A stretch of DNA of 63,778 nucleotides, counting the filler, from Acidimicrobiia bacterium (lineage in GTDB: Bacteria > Actinomycetota > Acidimicrobiia > Spongiisociales > CAZKJJ01): assembly GCA_046759765.1 (NCBI GenBank). It is 4 parts of 4 records of this genome, joined end to end, with 100 filler letters (N's around TTAATTAATTAA, not from the genome) between each part and the next. Parts side by side here need not be neighbours in the genome. Positions count along the whole stretch, not along the records: positions 17,328 to 34,097 come from JBHICV010000043.1; 3 more parts are not named here. One strand, 5' to 3'. Positions 19,047-27,659 of this stretch are shown one piece after another. Each line of letters opens with the position of its first letter. Within the stretch, counting starts at the first letter, position 1. Below the pieces are notes generated by a model. The model had not been told where the DNA came from. It searched no databases and was given only the letters and a program-made list of their open reading frames with translations. The position numbers and the translations under genes are program-made.

Positions 19047-22000
19047 TCAACGAAAGTCCCTGCTCTTGACCTCGAGTACGGGCAGTGGAACAAAGCGATG
19101 AGCAACCAGATTGGTGACCCCGTCCCGGAACTCGAGCACCCCCTCGATGATCAGCCCCGGCACCCTCCGGGCAATCTTTTTTTGGGCCTGCCAGACCTCG
19201 GGTAAGACCACAACATTCAGCAGACCGGTCTCGTCCTCCAAGTTGAAGAAGATCACGCCACGAGCTGTGCCCGGGCGCTGCCGGTGCGTGACAACGCCAC
19301 CCACCTTCGCGCGAAGCCCATTACGGTGGGCGGCTAATGCCTCACCCACGCTGATGCAGCCCAGCTCGGAGAGCCGCTCTCTGACGAAGGAAATGGGATG
19401 ACGTTCTGAGACGCTCGTCGCCCAGAGATCGGCCCTTGTCTCTTCCCATTCGGTCATCTCCGCCAGTTCGGGGGCTTCAGCCCCGGGCGCCAGCGTAAGT
19501 CGGCCAGGCCCGACGTCGGCCAGGGCGCCCGCCGCCCACAACCCGTCCCGACGTCCCAGCCCGATGCTTCCCAGGGCGCCCGCGGCTGCCAAGCCCTCCA
19601 GGGCATCGACCGGCAGCCCGGTTCGGGAGGTGAGGTCCTCCGGGCCGGCGAATGGCCCGCCGATGTGCCGAGCGGTCTCGACGCGCCCGATCTCCCCCTC
19701 TCCCATGTTCCGCACGTAGCGAAGGCCCATCCGCAGCGCCACGGCCGGACGAAGCGGATCCGCCACCGGGCCTCGCCCTCGCCGCCACTCCATGCCGAAA
19801 TAAGAAACGATGTCGTCGACGTCGGCGTCACGAAGCTCGACGGTGCAGTCGTGCAACGAGCTGTTGACATCCGGAGGCAGCACGACGACCCCGTGGCGGA
19901 GACCATCCTGCACCAGCGAATTGGGCGAATAGAAGCCCATCGGCTGGGCGTTGAGCAACCCGGCCAGGAACTCCGTCGGCCAGTGGTACCGCAACCAGGC
20001 CGACATGTAGACGATGTAGGCGAAGCTGACCGAGTGGCTCTCCGGAAAGCCGAACGAAGCGAAACCCTGTAGCTTCTCCCAGATCTCGTCGGCGGCTGCT
20101 CCGGTCACTCCGTTGTCAGCCATCCCCTCGTACACCTCGTTGCGCAGGCGGGCCATCGCCTCGTCACTGCGTTTGTGAGTCATCGCCTGGCGAAGCCGAT
20201 CCGACTGACCACCATCGAATCCGGCACAGACCCTGGCCAGCTCCATAAGTTGTTCCTGGAAAACGGGCACCCCCAGTGTCTTGGCCAGGATCGGCTTCGT
20301 CGACGGATGGGGATAGCGGACCGGCTCTTCGCCGTTGCGACGCCGCAGATAAGGGTGGACCGACTGCCCCTGAATCGGGCCGGGTCGGATCAAGGCAACC
20401 TCAACTGCCAGGTCATAGAAGGTCCGCGGCTTCATGCGGGGCAGCGTGGCCATCTGCGCACGGGATTCGACCTGAAAGACACCCACCGTGTCGGCCTTGG
20501 TCAACGACTCGTATATGGCCGGTTCCTGAGGGATCGCAGCCAGATCAACGTCTACCCCGTGAACTTCCGATATGACGTCGACCGACAGATGCAGGGCGTT
20601 GAGCATCCCCAATCCCAGTAGGTCGAATTTCGTGATCCCCATCGCAGCACAGTCGTCCTTGTCCCATTGGAGAACCGAGCGGTCTTCCATCCTTCCCCAC
20701 TCGAGGGGAACGACCTCCCTGAGCGGCCGATTCGAGATAACGACTCCCCCTGAGTGGATCCCGAGGTGACGGGGAAACCCGTCTAGCCGCTGGCATACGT
20801 CGTAGATCAGCTCGGAGGTCATGCCTTCCGGTAGGGGCTCCTCGAGGCGAAGGTCTGCCGGCCGACGCGTGTCAACGTAACGGGACAGCCCGTCAACTTG
20901 CGCTTGGGTGAATCCGAAGGTCTTGCCGACGTCCCTCAACACCGAACGGGCCCGATAGGTGATGACGTTGGCCACCATGGCGGCCCGCTCCCGCCCGTAG
21001 CGTCGATAGCAGTACTGGATTACCTCTTCCCGTCGGTCGGCTTCCAGATCGACATCTATATCCGGTGGCCGTCCTCTTTCTTCGGAGAGAAATCGCTCGA
21101 AGGGAAGACCCAACCGGATCGGATCGACGCGGGTCAGTCCCAGGCAGCGACAAACGGCCGAGTCGGCGCCTGAGCCTCGAATCTGGCAGTAGATGTCCTG
21201 CGATCGGGCAAATGAGACGAGGTCCCAGACCACGAGAAAGTAGCCGGGATAGCCGAGCTTGGAGATAACTCCGAGCTCGTGGGAGAGCCTTGCCTGTGCG
21301 GCGGGGTCGATACCGCCGGCACCATCGGGATAGACGTCCCTTGCGCCCTCGAGCGTGAGGTGGCGCAGGTAGGACATCTCATCCTGGAAATGGCCCGGCA
21401 TCGGAAAATCGGGCAAGCGGGGCGTCACCAAGTCGAGGTCGAAGGCGAGAGAAGAGCCAAGCTCGGTGGCCCGGGAAACCGCACCCGGGTAACGGGCAAA
21501 ACGTAGCTCCATCTCGACAGAGGACTTCAGATATCGCTCGTCGGTCGCAGAGCGGAACCCGTCCTGTTCGGCCAGAGAGCGGCGACCCGCCACCGCTGCC
21601 AGCACTTCGGAGAGATCGGCGTCGCCACGGTCGTGGTAGTGAGCGTTGTTGGTAGCAACGGTCGCTATCCGAAGCCGGCCGGCTACTTCCGAGAGCAGGT
21701 CGTTGCGAACATCGTCCCCCGGCATGCGATGATCCCACAGCTCGATATAGAGACGCCGTCCGAAGAGCTCCCTCAACGCGACGGCGGCCTCCATAGCTTG
21801 GGCGAGATCGCCTTTAGCGGCAGCTCGAGGAACGGCTCCTTGCCAACAGGCGGTAAGGGCCAACACGTCTTGGCAAGACGCCGCCTCCTCCAAGTCGCTC
21901 CAGCTGTATTCGGGACGGTCCTTCTCACCCCGGAACTGAGCGCGGGAAACGAGGCGGGAGATGGCTGCGTACCCCTCCGGGGAAGAGGCCAGAAGCAGCA

Positions 22001-22379
22001 GATGATCGGCCGGAGGTTTATCAATCGGCTTAGCCCCATGCATGCGGCGGGTACGGCCCCGGCGAATAGTCGAGCCATCAGTCTTCAGTTGTGTGTTCTC
22101 AGCCTCTTGATCTCTCAAGGAAGCAGCTTCGATCGGATCGACCGACGACTGAGAACTGATAACTGACGACTGAAGACTCACCTCTGCCCCGTATACGACC
22201 GGCAGTCCCACCTCTCCCGCCGCCTGGTGAACACGCGCGGCTCCGTAGAAGCCGTTGTGGTCGGTGACGGCCAACGCCAAATAGTCGAGCTCCGCGGCCC
22301 GTTCCACCAATTGGTGGGGATGGGAAGCTCCATCGAGAAAGCTGAAGTTTGTGTGACAGTGGAGCTCGGCGTACGGCAC
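19047..22379 (-). CDS. dnaE2: error-prone DNA polymerase DnaE2/ImuC
   Basis: YAELHCHTNFSFLDGASHP PHP domain, PPDIDVD, GIHSGG, FGFPESHS, C-terminal SRDFR motif. Confidence 0.97.
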   Translation of the reverse strand: MPYAELHCHTNFSFLDGASHPHQLVERAAELDYLALAVTDHNGFYGAARVHQAAGEVGLPVVYGAEVSLQSSVISSQSSVDPIEAASLRDQEAENTQLKTDGSTIRRGRTRRMHGAKPIDKPPADHLLLLASSPEGYAAISRLVSRAQFRGEKDRPEYSWSDLEEAASCQDVLALTACWQGAVPRAAAKGDLAQAMEAAVALRELFGRRLYIELWDHRMPGDDVRNDLLSEVAGRLRIATVATNNAHYHDRGDADLSEVLAAVAGRRSLAEQDGFRSATDERYLKSSVEMELRFARYPGAVSRATELGSSLAFDLDLVTPRLPDFPMPGHFQDEMSYLRHLTLEGARDVYPDGAGGIDPAAQARLSHELGVISKLGYPGYFLVVWDLVSFARSQDIYCQIRGSGADSAVCRCLGLTRVDPIRLGLPFERFLSEERGRPPDIDVDLEADRREEVIQYCYRRYGRERAAMVANVITYRARSVLRDVGKTFGFTQAQVDGLSRYVDTRRPADLRLEEPLPEGMTSELIYDVCQRLDGFPRHLGIHSGGVVISNRPLREVVPLEWGRMEDRSVLQWDKDDCAAMGITKFDLLGLGMLNALHLSVDVISEVHGVDVDLAAIPQEPAIYESLTKADTVGVFQVESRAQMATLPRMKPRTFYDLAVEVALIRPGPIQGQSVHPYLRRRNGEEPVRYPHPSTKPILAKTLGVPVFQEQLMELARVCAGFDGGQSDRLRQAMTHKRSDEAMARLRNEVYEGMADNGVTGAAADEIWEKLQGFASFGFPESHSVSFAYIVYMSAWLRYHWPTEFLAGLLNAQPMGFYSPNSLVQDGLRHGVVVLPPDVNSSLHDCTVELRDADVDDIVSYFGMEWRRGRGPVADPLRPAVALRMGLRYVRNMGEGEIGRVETARHIGGPFAGPEDLTSRTGLPVDALEGLAAAGALGSIGLGRRDGLWAAGALADVGPGRLTLAPGAEAPELAEMTEWEETRADLWATSVSERHPISFVRERLSELGCISVGEALAAHRNGLRAKVGGVVTHRQRPGTARGVIFFNLEDETGLLNVVVLPEVWQAQKKIARRVPGLIIEGVLEFRDGVTNLVAHRFVPLPVLEVKSRDFR
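22073..22178. repeat. inverted heptamer-repeat element inside dnaE2 (in frame)
   Basis: AGCCATC AGTCTTC AGTTGTG TGTTCTC ... ACTGAGA ACTGATA ACTGACG ACTGAAG ACT; encodes SLQSSVISSQSSV...ENTQLKTDG. Confidence 0.75.
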
Positions 22380-22393
22380 CGAGCCCAGTCTAA

Positions 22394-22409
22394 TCGAACA
22401 TATGTTCGA
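22394..22409. promoter_or_regulatory. LexA SOS box upstream of dnaE2
   Basis: perfect TCGAACATATGTTCGA; adjacent -10 TAGACT lies 7 nt before the GTG start (probably leaderless). Confidence 0.93.
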
Positions 22410-23891
22410 TCACCAGCGGAACAGTGCCCGGGCTAGTGCCTTCCAATACCGAACGCCGCGACGGCGCGGATACCACGCCCCCAGTAGGCGCGATGTCGGC
22501 CACCGGAGCCGAGCCGATGTAATGCTCTTGGGGTAACAGAAGCTTCGAATCCCGTCCCGCCCGAAGTTGGCTCCATACCCGGAATCACCAATGCCTCCGA
22601 AGGCAACGGTCGGGCTGATGAAGTTCACGCCGACATCGTTGACCGCCACCGTTCCGGATCGCATCTCCGAGGCGAAGTGCCAGGCTCGCTGGCGGTTGCT
22701 GGACCACACGGATCCGTGCAGCCCGAACCTGGAGTCGTTGGCCAGCTCCAGTGCGGTTGCCTCATCGGAGACCCGCATCACCGGAAGGACGGGCCCGAAG
22801 GTCTCCTCTCGCATCATCTTCATGGAGTGATCGACGTCGACGAGCAAGGTGGGCTCCCAGTAGAGAGCGCTCCCTTGTTCGACTCGCTTACCGCCGCGAA
22901 GCACCCGGGCGCCTTTGCCGACCGCGTCGCGGACGTGGTCCTCGATGATCTCGACCTGCGGCGGGTGGATGATCGGCCCTAGGTCACGACCGTCGCCAGT
23001 TGCCACAGTGACCGTCTCGAATGCTCGGTCCAGCTCCTCGATGAACTGGTCATACACGGCATCGAGGACGTACAGGCGCTCGACTGCAACACAGGTCTGG
23101 CCCGCGGTGAGGTTGGCGCCCCACACAGCTGCCCGAGCGGTTTGAGCTAGGTCGGCGTCGTCGAGCACGACCATGGCGTCGTTGCCTCCTAGCTCCAGGA
23201 CTACCGGAGTCAGATTGCGGGCCGCCGCTTCAGCCACCTTCTTGCCGACCTCAGTGGAGCCGGTGAAGGCGACAACGTCGACACCACCGGAAACAAGGGC
23301 CGCGCCTGTGCGGCCGTCCCCGTGAATCACCTGGACGACATCTGTCGGCAGCCCGGCTGCCTCGGCCAGGTCCGAGATGAGCTGTCCCGAAAGCGGAGTG
23401 ATCTCCGAAGGCTTGAGCACGACCGAGCAACCGGCAGCCAGTGCCGTCACGGTCGGAGTCATGGGAAGGAAGAAGGGGTAATTCCAAGGGCTGATGACGC
23501 CCGCAACACCGCGCGGGTGATATTCGGTCCAGCCACTCATCGACGCGAACGGCCATGATCCGCCCCGGTCGCGGCGCAGTAGCTTCTCGGCGTTGCGCCC
23601 GTAATAGTCCATCACCGTCAGCGCGGTCACCACGTCGTACGAGTAGCAGTCGACCAGTGGCTTGCCGGTCTCGGATTGCACTACGGAGGCGATTCGTTCG
23701 CCTTCCGAGAGGACCACCTGCTTGAAGGACTTTAAGTAGGCCTTTCGTTCGCGATGCGTTAGGTGGCTCCACTCGGAGAAGGCCTTACGGCTCCGTCCCA
23801 CCACGGCCGGCACGGCCTCGGGCGCGGTCACCACAACCTCTCCGACCGGGTCCCCGCTGAGGGGACTGCGAGAGATGAGCGTGTCCGTCAT
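22410..23891 (-). CDS. aldehyde dehydrogenase family protein
   Basis: ISPWNYP, LKPSE, FTGST, LELGG, GQTCVA, EETFGP. Confidence 0.93.
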   Translation of the reverse strand: MTDTLISRSPLSGDPVGEVVVTAPEAVPAVVGRSRKAFSEWSHLTHRERKAYLKSFKQVVLSEGERIASVVQSETGKPLVDCYSYDVVTALTVMDYYGRNAEKLLRRDRGGSWPFASMSGWTEYHPRGVAGVISPWNYPFFLPMTPTVTALAAGCSVVLKPSEITPLSGQLISDLAEAAGLPTDVVQVIHGDGRTGAALVSGGVDVVAFTGSTEVGKKVAEAAARNLTPVVLELGGNDAMVVLDDADLAQTARAAVWGANLTAGQTCVAVERLYVLDAVYDQFIEELDRAFETVTVATGDGRDLGPIIHPPQVEIIEDHVRDAVGKGARVLRGGKRVEQGSALYWEPTLLVDVDHSMKMMREETFGPVLPVMRVSDEATALELANDSRFGLHGSVWSSNRQRAWHFASEMRSGTVAVNDVGVNFISPTVAFGGIGDSGYGANFGRDGIRSFCYPKSITSARLRWPTSRLLGAWYPRRRGVRYWKALARALFRW

Positions 23892-23929
23892 TCGGTCACC
23901 TTAACCCGGGCAATTTTCGGGCCGCCGAG

Positions 23930-23959
23930 TAAACCTCCCGGCCCCCTCATGCGAGTCAA
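23930..23959 (+). promoter_or_regulatory. putative ECF-dependent promoter
   Basis: TAAACC-N16-CGAGTCAA, matching the motif upstream of the ECF sigma gene. Confidence 0.7.
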
Positions 23960-23998
23960 CCACTGTAAGTGACGGGATCGCCACCCAGAGGAGGATCG

Positions 23999-24901
23999 AT
24001 GAAGCGAGCACTGCTGATCTTCGCCGTGAGCTTTAGCACCGTGCTGCTGGCCGGTGTTGCTTTCGCGCACGTCGGGGGTTTCTCACCCCCCACCGACGAA
24101 GCGGCGCTGGATTTAGGTCATAGCGAGCCGGCCGAGGAGCTGCCGGACCTCGAGGTTCCCAAGGAGCCCGAGCCGGAGCCGGCAGCCGAGGAGCCGAAGG
24201 CCGAAGAGCCGGAGCCCGAACCTGCCGACGAGGCAACCGGAGAGGAAGCCCACGAGGAATACCCGGTGGAAGAAGCCATCCACGAAGAGCCGGCCGAGGA
24301 GCCTGCCGAGACCGACGTTGCAGAGCACGAAGTCTGGATCGAAGTGCTTCATCCGAAGCCCGAGCAGGTCGTCGAGAACAAGTACGTCACCTTCGAGGGA
24401 CACGTGAGTGCCGACACCCATGTTTTCCGCGGCAAGTACGAGGCCGACGTCAAGTACTACCCGGAAGAGGGATTCGCGGTCTGGCGTCTGGCTTTGGTGC
24501 TGAGCGCCGGTGAGCAGCGAGTCGCCTTTGAGGCCGTTGGCCCCAATGGTGAGACAGCCACCGACTCCGTCCTAGTGATCTACGAAGGACCCTCTGAAGA
24601 GCCGAAGGAGGAGCCGGGCAAGTATGACTTCACGGCCCATCAGAAGTTCGGGGAGTGCGCCGAGACACCGCCCTATGACGTCTTCTACGGGACGGGCGAG
24701 CCTGGGACCACAGTGTGGGTCGAGTCGGCCTTCGGGGGCGGCGAGACCACGATCGGCGAGAAGGGCAAGTGGGACCTCAAAGTCAAGTTCTACGAGGCTC
24801 CCTGCAACGAGGAAATCAAAGTCGTCCTCGAGACTTCAGACGGTGACCGGAAGGAATTCGGGTTCGTGAGGGTCTGCGAGGAGCAGAAGAAAGACAAGTG
24901 A
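23999..24901 (+). CDS. secreted Glu/Pro-rich protein with two domains paralogous to the anti-sigma ectodomain
   Basis: GAGGAGG RBS; signal peptide MKRALLIFAVSFSTVLLAGVAFA; FTAHQKFGECAETPPYDVFYGT matches FTAFATFGECLEDPPFDEYYGT. Confidence 0.85.
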   Translation: MKRALLIFAVSFSTVLLAGVAFAHVGGFSPPTDEAALDLGHSEPAEELPDLEVPKEPEPEPAAEEPKAEEPEPEPADEATGEEAHEEYPVEEAIHEEPAEEPAETDVAEHEVWIEVLHPKPEQVVENKYVTFEGHVSADTHVFRGKYEADVKYYPEEGFAVWRLALVLSAGEQRVAFEAVGPNGETATDSVLVIYEGPSEEPKEEPGKYDFTAHQKFGECAETPPYDVFYGTGEPGTTVWVESAFGGGETTIGEKGKWDLKVKFYEAPCNEEIKVVLETSDGDRKEFGFVRVCEEQKKDK

Positions 24902-24923
24902 CAGCTCGCCTGCCGAGGCACCT

Positions 24924-24947
24924 GGGGCGCAGGGCAACCTGCGCCCC
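24924..24947. terminator. GC-rich hairpin between convergent genes
   Basis: GGGGCGCAGG-GCAA-CCTGCGCCCC, 10-bp stem with GNRA loop. Confidence 0.7.
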
Positions 24948-24954
24948 CGGCGCG

Positions 24955-25986
24955 TTAGGGCATCAGATCCGGTAGCAGCCGCAGGGAGTCAACATCGAGC
25001 GGCGTCACCAGCAACGTTGTCACACCCGACTCCGACCATGCGGCCAGACGGTCCCCAACGGCTTCCGCCGGGCCCAGGAGGTTGGTCTGATCGACGAGGG
25101 CGTCGGGAACTGCGCTGGCCGCCTCTTCCTTGCGGCCCGTGAGATACAGGTCCTGTATCTGACGGGCAGCTTGCTCGTACCCGTAGCGCACCGCCAGATC
25201 CCAGTAGAAGTTGCGCTCAGGCGATCCCATCCCACCTACATAGAGAGCCACGGTCGGTTTCACGTGGGAACGCGCAGAGTCGAGATCGTCGGTCACCCCG
25301 ACCACGGCTCCAGCCGCTACATCGAAGCGGGCTTCCTTGTCTGCCTCTCCCGACCGAGCAAAACCTTCCGCTAGAGCAGGACGGAACAGCCCCGCGTGAT
25401 CAGGCGAATAGAAGAAGGGTAGCCAGCCGTCGGCAATCTCCGCCGCTAATGCCACATTCCGGGGTCCCATCGCCGCCAGATAGATCGGAAGGTCCGACCG
25501 CTTGGGCTGCATGATCAGCTTCAGGGGCTTACCGAGACCGGTGGCATCCGAGCCCTCGTAGGGGATCTGGTAGTAGTCGCCCTCGTATGAAACCGGGCCG
25601 TCCCGAGCCAAAACCCGCCTCACGATCTCGACGTACTCGCGGGTGCGGGCCAATGGGCGCCCATAGGGGACCCCGTGCCATCCTTCGGCCACCTGCGGTC
25701 CAGAGACACCGAGGCCGAGCAGGAACCGTCCGCCGGAGAGCTCATCGAGCGTCGCCGCGGTCATGGCCGTCATGGCTGGACTTCGCCCGGGGATCTGAAA
25801 TATCCCCGCCCCTAGTTTGATCCGCGACGTCGACGCCCCCAGCCAGCTCAGGACAGTGACGGCGTCTGAGCCGTAGGCCTCGGCGGCCCAAACGGAGTCA
25901 TAGCCGAGGCGTTCGGCCTCGATCACCATGTCAATGTCCGTCCGCGACGAGCGGGTCCAGTAGGAAAGATTGAGTCCCAGCCTCAT
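24955..25986 (-). CDS. LLM class F420-dependent oxidoreductase
   Basis: MRLGLNL, WAAEAYGSDA, LSGGRFLLGLGVSGPQVAEGWHG, YVGGMG. Confidence 0.93.
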   Translation of the reverse strand: MRLGLNLSYWTRSSRTDIDMVIEAERLGYDSVWAAEAYGSDAVTVLSWLGASTSRIKLGAGIFQIPGRSPAMTAMTAATLDELSGGRFLLGLGVSGPQVAEGWHGVPYGRPLARTREYVEIVRRVLARDGPVSYEGDYYQIPYEGSDATGLGKPLKLIMQPKRSDLPIYLAAMGPRNVALAAEIADGWLPFFYSPDHAGLFRPALAEGFARSGEADKEARFDVAAGAVVGVTDDLDSARSHVKPTVALYVGGMGSPERNFYWDLAVRYGYEQAARQIQDLYLTGRKEEAASAVPDALVDQTNLLGPAEAVGDRLAAWSESGVTTLLVTPLDVDSLRLLPDLMP

Positions 25987-26019
25987 CATGCGATTCTGGC
26001 TCAGCGTCCCAGCCTGAGC

Positions 26020-26044
26020 GAACCACGTCGTCAGACGCTGCGTA
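26020..26044 (+). promoter_or_regulatory. possible ECF-type promoter of the lipoprotein gene
   Basis: GAACC-N16-CGTA, 9 nt before ATG 26054. Confidence 0.35.
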
Positions 26045-26053
26045 GGATCTGGT

Positions 26054-26683
26054 ATGCATCGCTTCACACCCATTGCAGTACTCGCGCTGGTCGCCGTCGC
26101 TTGTGGGTCCGACACGGCTCCCGAGACGTCGCCGGCGACACAGCCCCCGGCCACACAAGCACCCGACACGCAGCCGCCGGAGACCGAGCCGCCGACTACC
26201 GAACCTCCCGCCGGAACCTTCGCTATTTCCGAAGTCGTCTTCGGTCGTGGTGGCGGAGTGGCCGTGCGAAACATCGGCGACGCCGCGGCCAGTGTCGGCG
26301 GCATGGCCGTGTGTCAGCGGCCCAACTACACGACTCTCCCGGACGTCATCGTCCAGCCCGGCGAGGTCATCTGGCTCGTAACAGGAGATCCCGCCGAAAT
26401 CTCCTTTGATCCCGGCCAGGCGCCGGTGGAGCGGATCGGAACCGGAACCTTCTCCGCGAGCAGCGGAGAAATCGGCCTCTACTCGCGACCGAGCTTCGGT
26501 AGCTCGGACTTCATCCGGTCCTACGTCGAATGGGGAGGCTCGGGGCACGGGCGCTCCTCAGTGGCAGTCGGAGCCGGGATCTGGCCCGACGGCGGAACCG
26601 TCGACGTGCCAGACGGTACCGTCCGGATAGTCGCTACCGCCGACCCGGCAGTCGCACCTGCAGATTGGACCGCCGAGGCGTAA
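26054..26683 (+). CDS. lipoprotein of unknown function (lamin-tail-like beta domain)
   Basis: lipobox AVACG; Pro/Thr linker; FAISEV...VAVRNIG. Confidence 0.75.
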   Translation: MHRFTPIAVLALVAVACGSDTAPETSPATQPPATQAPDTQPPETEPPTTEPPAGTFAISEVVFGRGGGVAVRNIGDAAASVGGMAVCQRPNYTTLPDVIVQPGEVIWLVTGDPAEISFDPGQAPVERIGTGTFSASSGEIGLYSRPSFGSSDFIRSYVEWGGSGHGRSSVAVGAGIWPDGGTVDVPDGTVRIVATADPAVAPADWTAEA

Positions 26684-26698
26684 AGGTACGCTGCTCCG

Positions 26699-27115
26699 GT
26701 GAACGAAGAGGACATGCTCCGTCGGTTTGGTGCCGCGCGAGTTGCGCGCCTCGCCACTGTGGACGATCAGCTGCACCCCCATCTGGTCCCGCTCGTATTC
26801 GCCCTCGACGGACACCGTGTGTTCTCTGCCGTGGACACGAAGCCGAAGCGGACACAACAACTGAAGCGGCTACGCAATATCGCCTCCCACCAAATGGTCT
26901 CGCTCTTGGTCGACCACTACGAGGACGACTGGACGCGACTCTGGTGGGTACGGGCGGATGGGACGGCAGGGATCGTCACCGAAGAATCACATCGCAGGCG
27001 CGGCCTACAGCTCCTTTCGACCAAGTACCCACAGTATGAGGAGGACCCGCCCCCAGGCCCGATGATCATCGTCGAAATCGACCGGCTTAGCGGCTGGTCA
27101 GCGGAGGCCGGCTGA
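26699..27115 (+). CDS. PPOX class F420-dependent oxidoreductase (Rv0121-like)
   Basis: ARVARLATV, PHLVPLVFA, AVDTKPK, LKRLRNI, DDWTRLWWVRADG, KYPQY. Confidence 0.92.
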   Translation: MNEEDMLRRFGAARVARLATVDDQLHPHLVPLVFALDGHRVFSAVDTKPKRTQQLKRLRNIASHQMVSLLVDHYEDDWTRLWWVRADGTAGIVTEESHRRRGLQLLSTKYPQYEEDPPPGPMIIVEIDRLSGWSAEAG

Positions 27116-27659
27116 CACGCCGCACCCCCGCCTCCGTTGCCAGGTGGGTCATTCGGATGTCGTGGGGATCGGTCGGTAGCTCGGGAACTACAAGCGCCTC
27201 GGGTATGACACCGATGAACATCTCGGCCGTGAACCGCCCGAGCAGCTCGTCGAAGTAGCCCTTGCCCCGCCCCAGCCTCCCCCCCGTCCGGTCGAACACG
27301 AGCCCGGGGACAAGCGCAAGGCCGCCGGCCGAGATGTCAGCGGACGCTGAGTCCGACGTCGGCTGGCGAAAACCGTATGGATGTTGCTCCAACGTCGAAC
27401 CGTAAGGGTGGACGGTGAGCGGTCCCTCCGGAGGAGTTCTGGTTACCAGAAAGCTGTGTTGAGGAAAGTCGGCAACGAGGGGTTCCACATCCACCTCTCG
27501 GTCTATGGCGAGATAGGTCACAATCAGCGAGGGGGATAGATCCCTGAGCAACTCCGTGAGGCCGGCGCGAATTCCTAGACCGGCTGCTGCCCAGTCAACC
27601 TCCTGCGACCGCGTCTCGGCCCACCGCCGCCATTCCGACTTCGTCTTGGGCTTCGTCAC
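27087..27659 (-). CDS. 5-formyltetrahydrofolate cyclo-ligase
   Basis: KSEWR, LVPGLVFDRTGGRLGRGKGYFD, PTDPHD; GTG start overlaps upstream stop. Confidence 0.9.
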   Translation of the reverse strand: MTKPKTKSEWRRWAETRSQEVDWAAAGLGIRAGLTELLRDLSPSLIVTYLAIDREVDVEPLVADFPQHSFLVTRTPPEGPLTVHPYGSTLEQHPYGFRQPTSDSASADISAGGLALVPGLVFDRTGGRLGRGKGYFDELLGRFTAEMFIGVIPEALVVPELPTDPHDIRMTHLATEAGVRRVSRPPLTSR

